Assembly (NCBI GenBank): GCA_003427395.1
Contig: BFEA01000021.1
Location: 2,900,073-2,964,072, forward strand
Direction: 5' to 3'
Source: Chara braunii
Taxonomy: Eukaryota; Plantae; Charophyceae
Length of the DNA: 64,000 nt
Below the pieces are notes generated by a model, which saw only the letters and a program-made list of their open reading frames with translations, was not told the DNA's origin and did not search any database. The position numbers and the translations under genes were made by a program. Below are positions 51,202 to 64,000 of this stretch, piece by piece; within the stretch, counting starts at the first letter, position 1, and every line of letters starts with the position of its first letter.

Positions 51202-51273
51202 CTGATAAAGGCAGTATTTGATGGAAGGGTCAACCTTCGTCTCCTGCTCCAAGTCAAAGAGATGCAATTTCCA
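51202..51273 (-). CDS. MYG1: MYG1 internal exon
   Basis: tgcAG|WKLHLFDLEQETKVDPSIKYCLYQ|GTaaga, 72 bp. Confidence 0.93.
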
Positions 51274-51692
51274 CTGCAGAGCACAAGAGGAGGACATGGC
51301 GGACATGAGCACAGATGGTTAGACATGGCAGCACCTCGCATCACACAGAAGCACAAATGGTGGAGATTCTTCTCTTCTTCTTCTTTTTTTTTGAAAAAAC
51401 AAATGGAGATTTCTTTTTAATACGGTTTCTCATTGATATCGAAGCAGCTATCATTTGCAAACTGTGAAAAATACTCTCTTAAACCACAAGTATGAGCCTC
51501 TCCTGTACGAGGAGGCCACAGGCCCCTCCTGTCTAACTCTCTCTCTCCCCCTCTCCCTCTGGACCCTCTCTCTCTCGCTCTATGATGGATCATTGTTCAT
51601 GAGGTTGATGTTGTCAGCGTCTCAAGTTGGGTTTAGGAATGAGAATAGGGAAAGAAACTCCATTCATGGCTGCATCTGTCCCTTAGTGATGG

Positions 51693-51723
<31 letters not shown>

Positions 51724-52631
51724 GGACTGTCCATGAGGTTGACGTTGTCAGCGTCTCAAGTTGGGTTTACGAATGGGAATACTGAAAAACGACTCCATTC
51801 GTGGTGGCATCTGTCCCTTAGTGACGGCATCTGTCACCCATCAAAAATCGCTACTGCTGTCTTCACCCAAATAGAACTCCCGGTCATTCTACTGTATTTG
51901 GGGTAACGCTTGCGGTAGTCATCACCCCACCATGCTGAGGCCTTAGAGGGGTGATGGCGCACAGCACGGCATCTTCATGGGAAGCAACACTGCGTCTTAA
52001 AGAACAGGATGCAGCCCACACTACCCCACACTGATCTTGTAATTAGTGCTGCCTCTCGTTCGGCACTGTTGTCCATCCATGATCCCAAAGACATGCAGTA
52101 GAGAGGTTCCAGTGACCTCTATTCTCTATTTCTGGCCATAGATTTTGATATTCTACGGTGCGAAGTGATGAGTCTGCCCTAGTAACCCTGTGAGGGATTG
52201 AAAGCACAAGAAGGATCAAGCAGCTGTGTAGCGGACTGGCGCTCCGCTGCACCAGTGGCAGACCTGACTTGTGCCTAGCAAAAAGAAATTGAAGGAAATG
52301 TGGACACGTGGCGGGCACGTTGGGAAAATTTTGGGCAGAGTTATACTTCTTGCTGAGGGCCTCGCTCCACTACAAAACATTCTACACGCATTTGGACTCT
52401 TTTCTGGACCAGGTGCATTGGGAGGAGTTCAGACAATCACGAGGTCCACATACATGTAGAGTCTTGAGTGGAGTAACGAGGCCGTTAGCGTACCTGAAAC
52501 TGTAGACACCAGTTCTCACAGAAGTTCGTACTTTGGGCTACATGCATTTGGACTCCTTTCTGGACCAGGTGCATTTTCCCTCCTAATATTGGGACAGTGG
52601 GAACTCAGGGCTACTTGGAAGGTAAGCTTAC

Positions 52632-52751
52632 CGGGCAGAACCTGTCCAATACCAGGATTTCCCCGCTCTTGTGCGCATCAAACCTCCGCTCCAGGCAGCC
52701 TGCCACAATGCTCCTTGCTGGCAACCACACTTTCCCTACTGACCGCAGACT
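52632..52751 (-). CDS. MYG1: MYG1 internal exon (not in the ORF track)
   Basis: tgcAG|SLRSVGKVWLPARSIVAGCLERRFDAHKSGEILVLDRFCP|GTaagc, 120 bp. Contains the WLPAR and SGEI..L..FCP motifs. Confidence 0.93.
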
Positions 52752-53182
52752 CTGCAGAGTATCAATTCAATTCAAGTGGAGTGGAGTGGAGTGTATTAAA
52801 CTTTCAGAAATGACGATAAGAAAAATAACAGCAACGGAAATGACGGTTGACCGTACCAAAATAGACGACCAAGGAATTTGAAACCCCTCCTCTCCAGATA
52901 CAATAAAGGCAAAATGAGGCACCACTACCTTTACCACAGTATGATCATTGATTTCACAACCATCACATGTGGCACATAATTCAATAACTGGCTGGATATC
53001 CCGAGGGGGGGGGGCAAGGGAGGGAATCTGCCCACCATCCTGGGAAACAAAAGCTGTCTTCTTTTCTAGATACAATTATTAAATTATTATTTCCATATAA
53101 ATTCTATGAATTCTGTAAACGGCACTACTCCCATCTCCTCATCAACCCATCTCCCCTCCTCTCTCTCTCTCTATATATATCG

Positions 53183-53281
53183 TCAAATAGAACTGCCCGG
53201 TAAACCGTAGGCAGAGAGGGAGAAGAGGACAACAAACGAGGGGCTGTGACAAACTGTTTCGTCGGAGTTTCACCGACTCAT
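53183..53281 (-). mobile_element. Hammerhead-containing short retroelement, copy E (truncated within CUGAUGA)
   Basis: Minus strand: ATGA GTCGG tgaaact CCGAC GAAA CAGTTT, then the shared 3' body and a (TA)n tail. Confidence 0.75.
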
Positions 53282-53561
53282 ATTCACAATATATATATTC
53301 TAGAATGTGGAATACAATAGAGAAAGACATTTCTCAATTATAAAGGAGAATTATCAATCATTGAATATATAGATACTATATAACCCCTTGCTTTTGATTC
53401 TCCATGGCAAAATCTATTTTAAGTCATTGTTCAAAAAGTTTCTACTATTCGAAAAAAATAAATAAATTATATTCATCTTTTGAATCTCAATCTAAGGAAT
53501 AAAAAGAAGTTCTTGAGGAGCTTCAAGATTAAGAAAGGAAGGACACCCACCCACCCACCCA

Positions 53562-53612
<51 letters not shown>

Positions 53613-53927
53613 TGCTCATAAACAGGGTTAGACCAGGGGACCAAACCTGTACCAAACCCCACACGAGGAGGTTCATAACCAACCGTAACTCGACCTCACC
53701 CAGGTGGCCAGCTGATACCTGTGCCTTTTCAGTTTGTGCCGCTTTTGTTCCTCTTTTTGGTTCTGTTCTTTTGGGCTGGAACTGACATTTGAAAGTACAC
53801 AATGCCAATTCGTGTTGCTTTCGTTCCTCTTTATGTTTCTGTTTTTGTTTTTCCTGCTGGGACTGACATTTGAAAGTACACAATGCTGCTTGTCCGCCAT
53901 CTGTGGGACGCCAAATCAATAATAAAC

Positions 53928-54250
53928 AATGGTAACCGGCCGGACGTCTGGACCTGAATCCAGGCGGTCCGGTTGTCTGGGTTTGGGTCCGGTGTCCGGT
54001 CCGGTAGGTTCGGATTGGGCCCAATTTTTTGAGGGGGGGCTAGGACTTGTTTTCGGGTCCTAGGTCGCCGCCCAAAAATGCCCCCGGTATTTTTTGGCCG
54101 TTTCAGGGCCCTACCGGATGCCGCCGGACGCCTCCAACAGCTCCCTCTGCTGTCGTACTACGGTGGTAGTTCATTGGAAGAGAATGGGTCCGATTCCGAA
54201 GATGAAACACTGGCTGCAAAGCGCTACAGAACATCAAGCTAGAGAGAGAG

Positions 54251-54334
<84 letters not shown>

Positions 54335-54349
54335 NNNNNNNNNNNNNNN

Positions 54350-54424
<75 letters not shown>

Positions 54425-55015
54425 TTTGGTCAGATCTGAGATCTGTATTTGATCTGGTCCTGTCCAGATCTCAGATCTGTTCTTACGCAGATCTGAATAA
54501 CTTAACAGTTTAAATTTTCAATTTCATACGAGTATGAACTAGAAACTTACTAGAAAGTCCAACTTCAAAGTTCAAAGTTCTGTTTCTTTCTGATTTTCGT
54601 ACTCTTTTTTGAAGTTTCTGGGGGATTGGTCTGTTGAGAACTGGTTTCAACTTTCAAGTGTTGTATGCGCCTTTGTGAATGTTTGTGACAGTATGAAGCT
54701 GTCAAGTTCTGAATACTGAAAGACAGTAAGTCCTAAGTTTCGTCCCGTTGCTCACAACTGCCATTCATCGTCTATATTTGAACTGACTTCATTTGTGTTT
54801 AGTACTGTCTAATGTACTAAGTTTAGCCCTGTTTATTACTCTTTTTTTTTTCAGGTCCGGACATATATTGTCTGGTGGAGTGGTCCAGACGGTCCGGGTC
54901 CGGTCCTGTTCGGTTGTCCTGTGCCTGTCCGGACTACCGGACGTCTGGACCAGTCCAGACAAATGTTTGGGCCTCGGTCCAGACATGTCCGGTTCCGGGT
55001 CCGCAGGTTTCCATG
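53928..55015. mobile_element. Non-autonomous hAT-like DNA transposon in a MYG1 intron
   Basis: Imperfect TIRs aatggtaacc / ggtttccatg, an 8-bp TSD taataaac / caataaac (7/8), and dense subterminal (G)TCCGG motifs at both ends. Confidence 0.7.
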
Positions 55016-55325
55016 CAATAAACGGTAGCTTGCTGCATGTGCAGCAGCACCTTGGTAATTTGGCTAATTTTCCTACCCCGGATGTACTGATTTACTCAAT
55101 GGCAGGATCGACCGCACAGGTTATATCAGGACACAAGGTAGTAATTTCCTCATGCCGATGAAGGATAATGCATGTGTTCTGAACTGGTCTCGAGCTTGAC
55201 GCTGGCCTACAAAGGTTCTACGAGGGATTTTGAACGCAGGCTTCAGGATGGACTTCGTCGTCAGCCTGGAACAGCTCGTGGAGCATAGGGAGAGAGGATG
55301 TTGTATACCAGACCATTCGACTCTG

Positions 55326-55396
<71 letters not shown>

Positions 55397-58300
55397 ATAC
55401 ATGCCCAGTCGGGCAATGTATATGGAGCCAAGGATCCGCAGAGTGATGAAAAGGACTAGAATGGACAATGCAATGTCAGCGAAGCATCAACAAGCAATGT
55501 ACATCCCGATACATACAAAATAGCACATTGTAGCGCAACGGAAGACTCAAAGAGATGACCTGACCTATCTGAGACTGATGTGACATCCCATCATACACCA
55601 CACGTGAGAGAGGGAGGAGGGACCGCATACACAGAAGAAAGGTCCCTCCCTGCACACGCACATGGGGGAGACACCACGGATGAGAGATGGGGGAGGAGGC
55701 GAGATGAAGATGGAGGCGAGGGAGAAACCAAGATCGTGATAGCGAAGTCCAAAAATAGTCCATTGCCGAATGCCCAATCAATTTCTGCCACAAAATATCA
55801 GATCAGATCTTCGGCGCAATGCCCGATGCAACCTCTGCCTGAAATCTCTCTCCCTCTCTCTCTGAAGAAGAAGAACAAGAACAAGAAGAACAAGAACAAG
55901 AAGAAGGAAGGAGGGAGGAGAGATGGCGACGAGGAAGAAGAAGATGTTGTCCTCCTCTCGGTCTCACATGCAGGGAACCGCCGCTGGACTGACCGTCATC
56001 GTCATCGTCATGTGCAGGTTGCTGTGCGCAGTCCCAGCTATGGTGCCAGCTAAGTCCATCGCTGCAGGTATGTGCTCTGCCTCTCTGCCTACCTACGCCT
56101 CTACCTCTACCTCCTAGTGCAGCACTGGTAGTGTTGCAGCGCCAGTCCAGCAGCGTGTCGCCCAAGAAGTGAGCTACTCGAACCGTGTGTATGCCCTGGC
56201 AGTGGCCCAGCCATATACAGCACTGGGCCGGCCGGTTTGCCTCCGTGTGCCTCTGGCCCTGCCCAAAAACGTGGGCCTCTCGAGTCTGGGTCCCGACCGG
56301 ACATCCAGACCCCGCACCTGGCCCAAAGGCCCTGCCTCCTGGTGTCCCTGGCCCAAGGCACGGCCTTGGGGACTGCAAGTCCGAAACAATGTCTGAACAG
56401 ACAAAAATAGGACAGCTAACAAATACATAAATAAATAAATGCTGTCGCAAATCCGTACCTGTGGCCTAAGGGCCGCCGTGGGCCTCCAGAGCGCGTGTCT
56501 CATGGGCACGCGGCCTGCGGGCGCCTCAGCAACCGTCGGGCCCCTGATCCAAAAGTTTATCAGCATCCTGCTGTCAGTGGTCAGCAATCAATGGCCTGTT
56601 GACTGCTCTCAATCATCTAAGGCATCATCAATGATCTTCAGTTAGGAACCTATTGTCATCCAGTCATTATCAATCATCTCTCAGATCACTATCAGTCAAT
56701 CAAGGTTTTCATCAGAGATCTGAGTTCCTCATCAATCTGATGAGTTGTAGTACTCTTCTCCGCACATGAGTACTATTACTTCGTTTCCTGTTGTTCACTC
56801 AGTCTTAACCGATCTCAACAGGATTGCTTCCAAGGATGCCTTCCACTACCAGTATGTCAGTGTTGTTGGTTTCAGACAAAGAGGAGAGAGTGCATGAACT
56901 TCAGAGGGATACAAAGCTGAGTCATAGCTTTTTTTAGTTTTTTTTCAAACAAAGCTGATTCATAGCTTCCTACTACTTTTTCAAGTCCTGCACTGTTATC
57001 CCTCCGAAATCCAGAGTAGTCACGGCTGGCAGGCGCTTTCTCAGCTCTTTTTTACTCTTTTTTCTCTGTAAAAATGACGTACTCAAGGGACGCTGGACCC
57101 GGTTTCCAGCAACAAAAGGGACAGGGGCTCTTGGGGGGAGGGAGGAACTAGGGTGTAGCAATAGGTTTCTGGCGCCGGTTCCAAGGTGGAGAGGTCCCCC
57201 CCTTCCCTGCTTCAAGTCTCTCACAAAGGACTTTTCTGACATATTCCAATTTCAGTCTGTATATGGGACGCTGGGCCCGTTTCCCAGCAGGTGATGCTCC
57301 CCACCAATAGATGGAGCCTATCCCCAGGTGCTAGTGGTGTCTGCTCAGTACCACTAACACTGGTCGGGGTGTGTTTCAAAAAAAAAAAAAAAAAAAAGCT
57401 TTGGCCCTATGCTATATGATGACTATCCTACAGTCATCCCCTGAATAAAACGTACGGTCATTATAGCTGAATTTAGACTCAAAGATATCCCAAACTCATC
57501 GATGGTTCTTACTGGGGTGATTTGGTTGACCTGGCCAAGAGGTAGATTTGAGGCAATAACGGAGACTTCTGGGTTTGTCCATCTCCAAAGAGGGATCTTC
57601 TCCAGGCCTTATCTTCCTACCTTATGGGAGGAGTTATGTGCTATGCTTGGTTTCCAAATCTTCGGCATTGGGTGCACATATTCGGAACTTATGCGCTTTA
57701 GGTGTCTCTTTGTCGCTAGGCAGACGTGGCTCAAGGCGCTCGAGATGCACGATCAAAAGAGAGATTGAGGATGAGACTTGAGAGGGATGAGTGAGGACTC
57801 TTGAGGAGTGCTGGCCATGTCTTTTCATCTGTATTTTCCTGAGATTATTATGAGTTCTCACATTCCCTCATTCATCTTGTCTTTGCTTTGATTCATTGAC
57901 ATTTCTTGATGTTATGACTTCCACTGATAATGTCACAGTTCTCGGATTCCTAAGTCTGGCAATCATGATGTGTTATACATTTTATTTTAATTCATTATTT
58001 GCATAATCGCATTTGCTGTTCCGAATCATAATCAAAGATTCCTTAGACTGGGGACCAGCGTAGATCGCAATTGAAGCGTCTCACTTGATGCCGGATGCAC
58101 ACAGCAGGAAGCGATTTGCATTGTTTATTATTCGTTTATTGCAAAAATCACTTAAAATCCTGCATGACAGCCTGTTGTCTTTCTGGTCGTCAGAAGTGGC
58201 CTGACTGGAAAAAGTGTTACACCGCGCCGATTCGTTTGTTTTTGGCGTTCAGTACGTTTCAAGGCTTGGCAAGGGAAAGGTCAAAAGTACGAATGGTTTA

Positions 58301-58481
58301 AATCACCAGCGCCTCCAAAGCCTCTTTTTACCAAGGCGAGGCGAATTCCCCCTGTGCACCTAGGGAAGGCCAACTGCCACGGCGGTGTTTTTTTAACTTT
58401 TTCCGTTCTGCTCGATGCCGATGGGGGATCCAGTGGTCTATCTCTAGGTGGCAGGTGCCAAGCATGCCCAGGAAGGTACAC

Positions 58482-58548
58482 GAGGCCAATGGGGATTGAA
58501 CCCACGACCTCCTGAATGCCACTTGCATGCCTTATCAATTGGAGGTAG
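58482..58548 (-). pseudogene. Degenerate tRNA-like sequence (3' half resembles tRNA-Ala GGC)
   Basis: tggcattcaggaggtcgtgggttcaatccccattggcctc covers the anticodon loop, variable loop, T-arm and 3' acceptor strand. The 5' acceptor strand is missing. Confidence 0.45.
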
Positions 58549-58654
58549 CAGTGTTCATTCGAAAATCATGGAATGGAACATTTTGGAGTTTTGAGTTCGC
58601 ACGTGAAAGGCACAATACGTTTTTAGCGCTTGAAAGACCCGATGCTGGCATTAC

Positions 58655-58843
58655 CTCAAGGAACTCCTGGCCTGTTAACTGCATTGCTCGCGCAAATCCC
58701 TCGTTCTCCCTCGCTTCAGTATTTTCCTCCGTCCAGTCTGGGTTGAGTCTCGACACTCTTGCTGGAAGACTGGTGCTCTCAATGTACCTTGGCTGAAGTT
58801 GCGTGTCATACTGACTTATACCGTTATCATTGGCGTCAATAGC
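58655..58843 (-). CDS. MYG1: MYG1 internal exon
   Basis: ggcAG|AIDANDNGISQYD...RVSRLNPDW...AMQLTGQEFLE|GTaatg, 189 bp. Contains the DAxDNG motif. Confidence 0.95.
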
Positions 58844-61274
58844 CTGCCAAAAGGCACACAACAAAAATTTTAAAAAACATAAATGTAAGCCTCATTAAAA
58901 AAAAAAAAAAAGAACAGAAAAAAAAACAAACAAGAGCATCTACTGAATCTATATTCTGAATTGTTGGATCTAGTGATGGAAAAACTGTGGTGCTGGTTGT
59001 AGAACCTAACACCTTTGCCTAAAATGCTCGATGTGGTTGAGCAAAAACTTGCAAAAAAAAATTCAAACAAAGAAATTTCCAAAAATGCTAGGATGATATC
59101 CCGGGCGCCCGGGTCCCAACGTCACGCCCGGTTCGACGACCGGGTGACCGGCTGGGCACGACCCCCGGACAGCCCCAGCGCAAAAAAAAAAAAGAGAAAA
59201 AGAAAAAGTTGTGTAGAATACTAGAATTGCAATACAAACAACTTTTGGCTGAGGGTCACATCAGAATTCCTCACGGAACTGAAGATAAAAAAGAAAATAA
59301 CCAAATCACACTAAGGCACCCCCCTTTAAACCACTTTAGCCCCGTTTATTATTCTGCAATGCATCTGCATAACAGACTTTTTTTTTTTCAATTTTTTGTC
59401 TTTTGTTTTGCAGGGACATTGTCTGGTCCTTGCCTGGTGAGACTGCCCTAGGGAGCCAATCTGGGCCTGGGCGCCCCATTGGTAGCCCAAAAAGAAGAAA
59501 AGAAAAAAAATATAAAGCAAAAATCAACGGATTATCAAGCAAAGCGACTGCAAAGCCCCTTTTTTATTCCCCCCAAAAAAAGGCAATTCTAGTAAATTAA
59601 TAAAAACCTTTTTTTTTAATTACCCCAAAAAAAAGCTATTCTATTAAATAAATTAAATTCATTGAATTCACTGTTCGCAGTGCGCCACGAATTCACACAG
59701 ATGCTAGAACTTTTTCTTTTGGAAAAGAAAGAATGTCCTATTCTCTCCCCATCTTTGCATGCTCTATGAATGCCTCCACAGTGCTATTGACTGGGCACAG
59801 TATCTTCGACTTTTCTTTTCTTTTTTCAAAACCTACAGGCTATCGTCCCGTCACATATTGTTCCTATGCTGCAGCTTCTTTTTTTTCTTAAATACGATTT
59901 TTTTTTTTCAATCCCCTTCCCCTTCATTATTATAAAGCCAGGCAGGAAACGGGCCTGGCGTCCCTCACAATTGTTGCACAGCTCGTCCAGCGAGTGAGTC
60001 ATCACCGGCCAGGCTCAAAGGAAGGAGGTGGTGCTGGCTTGAGCGAAAACCGTAAAGGGAGCAAATCAGCACCACAGTCTCACCGCCAACCCCTTCTAAG
60101 CACCCCCTACTCACCAAACAAACCTACTACAGCCCAGCAGAAGTTCCCAGCGAAGCAGAAGACGCCCAGGTACCAATATCCCTACTTTTGCACCTGCCAG
60201 GCGGACAAAGCAAGGGATTTGTGTCTATTTTATTTCGTATTTTTGGGGTGATCATCTCTTAAACCACCGGTACACCCGAGCCTGCAGGGGCCTTACTGCG
60301 CACAAAGCTTGACCGAACCTCCCGCAGCGCAATTGTTTTTTCTTTTCTAGCTGGCTCCACCAGCCATTGTGGTCCGGTAGACCGAGCCTCCGACATTTTC
60401 ATGTGTGACATGTTTCTTTTTCAGAAAGCCTGGGGCCGTGTACTGGCGGTTTAAACTCTTAAGCGTACACTATTACTACTGCTGAGCCTCTTGACAAACC
60501 CTGCTAGGTCACAGCTGGTTGGTTGCCGAAGATACCTTCAGCAACCCCACCCGTTACCCCTTAATTAACTCAAGTTCATGTGCACAGCACAGGGCAGCAG
60601 TGCCCAAAAGAAAGAAAAACTTAGTTCCACAAAATAGGCTCAGAGGTAGTTAAAGAAAAGAAAAGAAAAGAAAAAAGAAGAAGGATCAGACGAATTGGTG
60701 ACAGCTTAATTTGTTTTCAGGAAGCTTAATCAAGGACAAACGATGAGTTCAAAAAAAAAAAAAAAAAAAAAAAAAAAGGTACATACTACACACTGTACAC
60801 AGTACGCCGCTTTAAACCCTATTTATACCACTCTCCCCTGTTCCCCCAACACAAAACACTGGAAAACAAGAAGAGAGAGAGCCAGCACCCTTATTTATAT
60901 CCCTCTTCCCCACCCCCCAACCCAAAACACTGGAAAACAAAAAAAGAGACAGCATTCAGGCTGCGAACTTGGTGGGTGTTCTAATCCCCCTACCAGCGGT
61001 CCAGAAAGCGAAACAAACAAAAAGAACTCGTGTCTTATGAGCTGCACAGGGTGACCTGGGGAGGAGGTGCTTAGCCAGGCAAATAGCTGGATTCCAGCCT
61101 GGGCGTCCCAGATCCTCTCGCCTTCCCCCCCCTAAAAGAAGGATATATGATAGTGGAAGTAGTGTCGACTTTGTGGTGAACTACCTCTATTATTAGCTCC
61201 TTAATAACAATAAAATGGGTATCATGGGTGATTCTACTGATTCCATGGAAATCATCAACTCCTTCTGGCGTTAC

Positions 61275-61370
61275 CTCCATAAAATGTTTGTAGACAGTCA
61301 CATACACAACCTCCTGTTCTTCTGGCGTTAACGACTTGAGCTCCTTTCCCACAATCTCCCTGCCAAAATG
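61275..61370 (-). CDS. MYG1: MYG1 internal exon
   Basis: tacAG|HFGREIVGKELKSLTPEEQEVVYVTVYKHFME|GTaacg, 96 bp. Continues the [11 protein letters not shown] motif. Confidence 0.93.
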
Positions 61371-62427
61371 CTGTACATGATAAAAAGTGAATCGCCTCGA
61401 AGGATCAGTTGATTACATAAACTCGACCCACTTGAGTATCGCTTTTCAGAAGCAGAGGTCCATAAAAGGGAATTGAAATAAAACACTGTCATCCATCCAC
61501 CTTTTTTTTATTACGTTTTATTTTATTTTATTTAATAACTTTAATTTAATTATTTAGTATTTACGTTTTATTTTATTTTATTTTATTTTATTTTGAACTC
61601 TGAGAGTTTGAAAATTCTTTCTTCCTCCTTTGTGTAAGTGCTTTAGCTCCTCATATGTCAGGTCAGCCATAGCCGCTGCTGAACATCGTTGCTCACCTCT
61701 CTACACCACCCAGTAAGAACTGAATGCAACTGAACTATTCAAACCTGGGATGTTTTCCCGGGCGCCCAGGCACCAAACTTGTGCCCGGATACACGCCCGG
61801 GTGCCCGGCCGGGCATGACCCCTGGGCAGGGTTCCGAGCAGCCCCCGTTGCCCCCCTAGACAGCCAACTCTCAAAAAAAGAAAAGAGACCGGATTTGGGG
61901 TCCTCTGGGAGAGTGCTTTTTTTTGGGGGGCACGCCCGGGTACCCTGCGCCTCAGACTCCCCCGAGCATCATGCCCGGGTGCCCGGCCGGGAGTGCCAAT
62001 CTTCCTAGATTCCAACTACTTTTGCGTCTTATAAATTTTCTTTTTCAAAGTGGTATATTGAAGTTTACTATAATTTCCTATTTCTAAATGGACCTCACAA
62101 TCCAGCTCAACTTCTGTTGGACATAGAATTCCGGCAAGAGGAAAACAAAGTAGGTTAACCAAACCAACTTAACCTCGTAAGGCCGAACAAAGCTCGTTTT
62201 TACCCTGCGCAAACACAAGGCTCATTTTTGGCGAACCTCGTAACGCCGAACAAAGCGACTTCACGTGGATTAAAACCACCAGTAAGGTGGACCATCAATT
62301 GGCAAGCCTAAGTCTTTTGACGCCCGAACAAATCGCACCATTCCCCGCCAGGCCTGTACATCAAAAGTGTTGCATTGGGGTATACGGCCTATACTCTCGG
62401 TGGCCGGGGCTCGAGCTGCTCCTTCAA

Positions 62428-62700
62428 CCAACTTAACCCTGTTTCGCCCTAACTGAACCACTTAACCCTGTTCTGTTGACGTAAGAAGACAGGGCATAGA
62501 CATGACACAAAGTGGCTGAAACAACTCAACCCTGTTTTTCCCCAGCTGGCCAACATAACACTGTTTTGCCCCAGCTTGCCAACATAACCCTGTTAACTAA
62601 ACTTAAACCCTCTCTTTAGCCCCAGCTTACCAACTTAACCCTATTTTGCCCAATTTACGAACTTAACCCTGTTTTGCCTCAACTTATGAACTGAACCCTT
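62428..62700. repeat. Degenerate ~22-26-bp tandem repeat
   Basis: aacttaaccctgtttt(gccc) recurs about 8 times. Confidence 0.75.
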
Positions 62701-63113
62701 TCGCTTTGACCACCGCTACATCTGAGCCCCCTTTTTCCAATGCGGAATTTTGCTTGGCCCTGAAATTACAAACCATCATGGGGCCGATTTTGGCTGGCAC
62801 TGGGCCGGGGTGGCTGGGCAGGGCAACTGATTCTTCGACCGACTTGCAAGGGCGCAAACCCTCAGCAAGAACTGACCAGATATTAGTCAGCAGGTTGAAC
62901 AGGTGAGCTGGGTTCAGTTGGTGCTTGATGAGGAGGGAGCTGTTCCACAATAGCATTCCCTCCAAAAACATAAACAATGGCTACGACATATTCGCTTCAA
63001 GTTTACCGACAACCCAACGCAAATATCAGCACAAATTGCGCAAATTGCAATAACACACGATGCGAATCACTTGATAAGTCCAGCGGCATTTATGGCGTCG
63101 CATCATCCCATAC

Positions 63114-63260
63114 CTTGTACACGAGCCCAGCGCTGCTGAGTTTGGTAGTGAAACCATGGCCGAAGTTCTCGTGAAAGCCTCCTTGATGGTGGTCATATCT
63201 GTCCCTCTCTGGGTCATAGACTCCACCCACATCGAGAACAGTATCCAGCGTATCCAGGAT
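63114..63260 (-). CDS. MYG1: MYG1 family (UPF0160, DHH-type RNA exonuclease) internal exon, first in window
   Basis: gtAG|[49 protein letters not shown]|GTatgg. Contains the DVGG and DHHQ motifs. 147 bp, phase 0. Upstream exon(s) lie outside the window. Confidence 0.95.
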
Positions 63261-64000
63261 CTACCATGACAACAGCAACAATCAGCAGATCGGATAACAC
63301 AAATGGTGTGTGAAATGCGCATGTTCCCCACTATACTTTTTCAAGGCGGTGACACGCTCTTTCTTTTTTAGGGTGCCAGTGTGCCACCCTTTAGGGCAAA
63401 TTGCATGCCAGCACTTTTAGGGTGAAAAAAAAGGGTGAATTGGTCACTCGCTTACGTCTGATTTTTGTGAATTGACTCAGAACAAAGGAGCAATCAGATC
63501 AAAATGATATGGCAAAGACTGGCCACAAAACAACACAAATTTGCAAGGGCGCATCATCATTTCACTGCACAAGGACTCAGTATCATCATTTGCCTGCACA
63601 AGAATGCTGCACGCAAATCAAGAAATAGTCCAACTACATACAAACAAAAACAAACAAACAAAACAAAACAAAACAAAACAAAACAAACAAACAAACAAAG
63701 GATAAAAAGGGAAAAAGGACAAAAAGGGACAATGTAGGGAGTCAGCAAACTAAGAACAGGAAAATGTATCCGTGAAGGGTAAAGGCACTGACGGCATACT
63801 AACACGGGGGGACCTGATGTCCTTGAATCCCAAAATGTGAGGCAGTTTTCAGGTCACATTGGAGAGGCCCGCTACCCAAACGTACTTTTTGGTGACCCTT
63901 TCTTATGTCAGCCGCCTGCGTGGCCGCGGGAGGACCCTTTTTGAGACCACCTCCAGAGGTGGTCTCAAATTACCTTTTCGGTTTTTTCTTTCTCCGTGAG

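Noticed and set aside
62428-62700. Interstitial telomeric repeat
   Set aside because: The aaccct core is embedded in longer 22-26-bp units, not in tandem TTTAGGG or TTAGGG.

Overview
Eukaryotic nuclear DNA from a draft, repeat-rich plant-lineage genome. It looks like a charophyte alga such as Chara; this is inferred from the plant-type proteins, very long repeat-filled introns and unedited-type nad7. The window has several N-gaps and two Nextera mate-pair adapter remnants. Two real genes lie on the minus strand: a complete two-exon eRF1 (28618->21912, 440 aa, 5.4 kb intron) and six coding exons of MYG1 (63260->47225, whose 5' exon(s) lie beyond the window). The rest is decayed LINE fragments, a CCHC gag-like remnant, MITEs and foldbacks, tRNA-derived SINE heads, a nad7 NUMT, and mini- and microsatellites. 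Two observations stand out. (1) The eRF1 stop is a leaky UGA-C followed by 321 stop-free in-frame codons, with a strong candidate splice donor near their end. This is the architecture of a readthrough/NMD autoregulatory sensor. The protein also has NIKN instead of the canonical NIKS. (2) A short, 3'-anchored, 5'-truncated repeat in MYG1 introns has copies that together reconstruct a canonical type III hammerhead ribozyme (GUC site). Every copy is sense to the host pre-mRNA and individually crippled.
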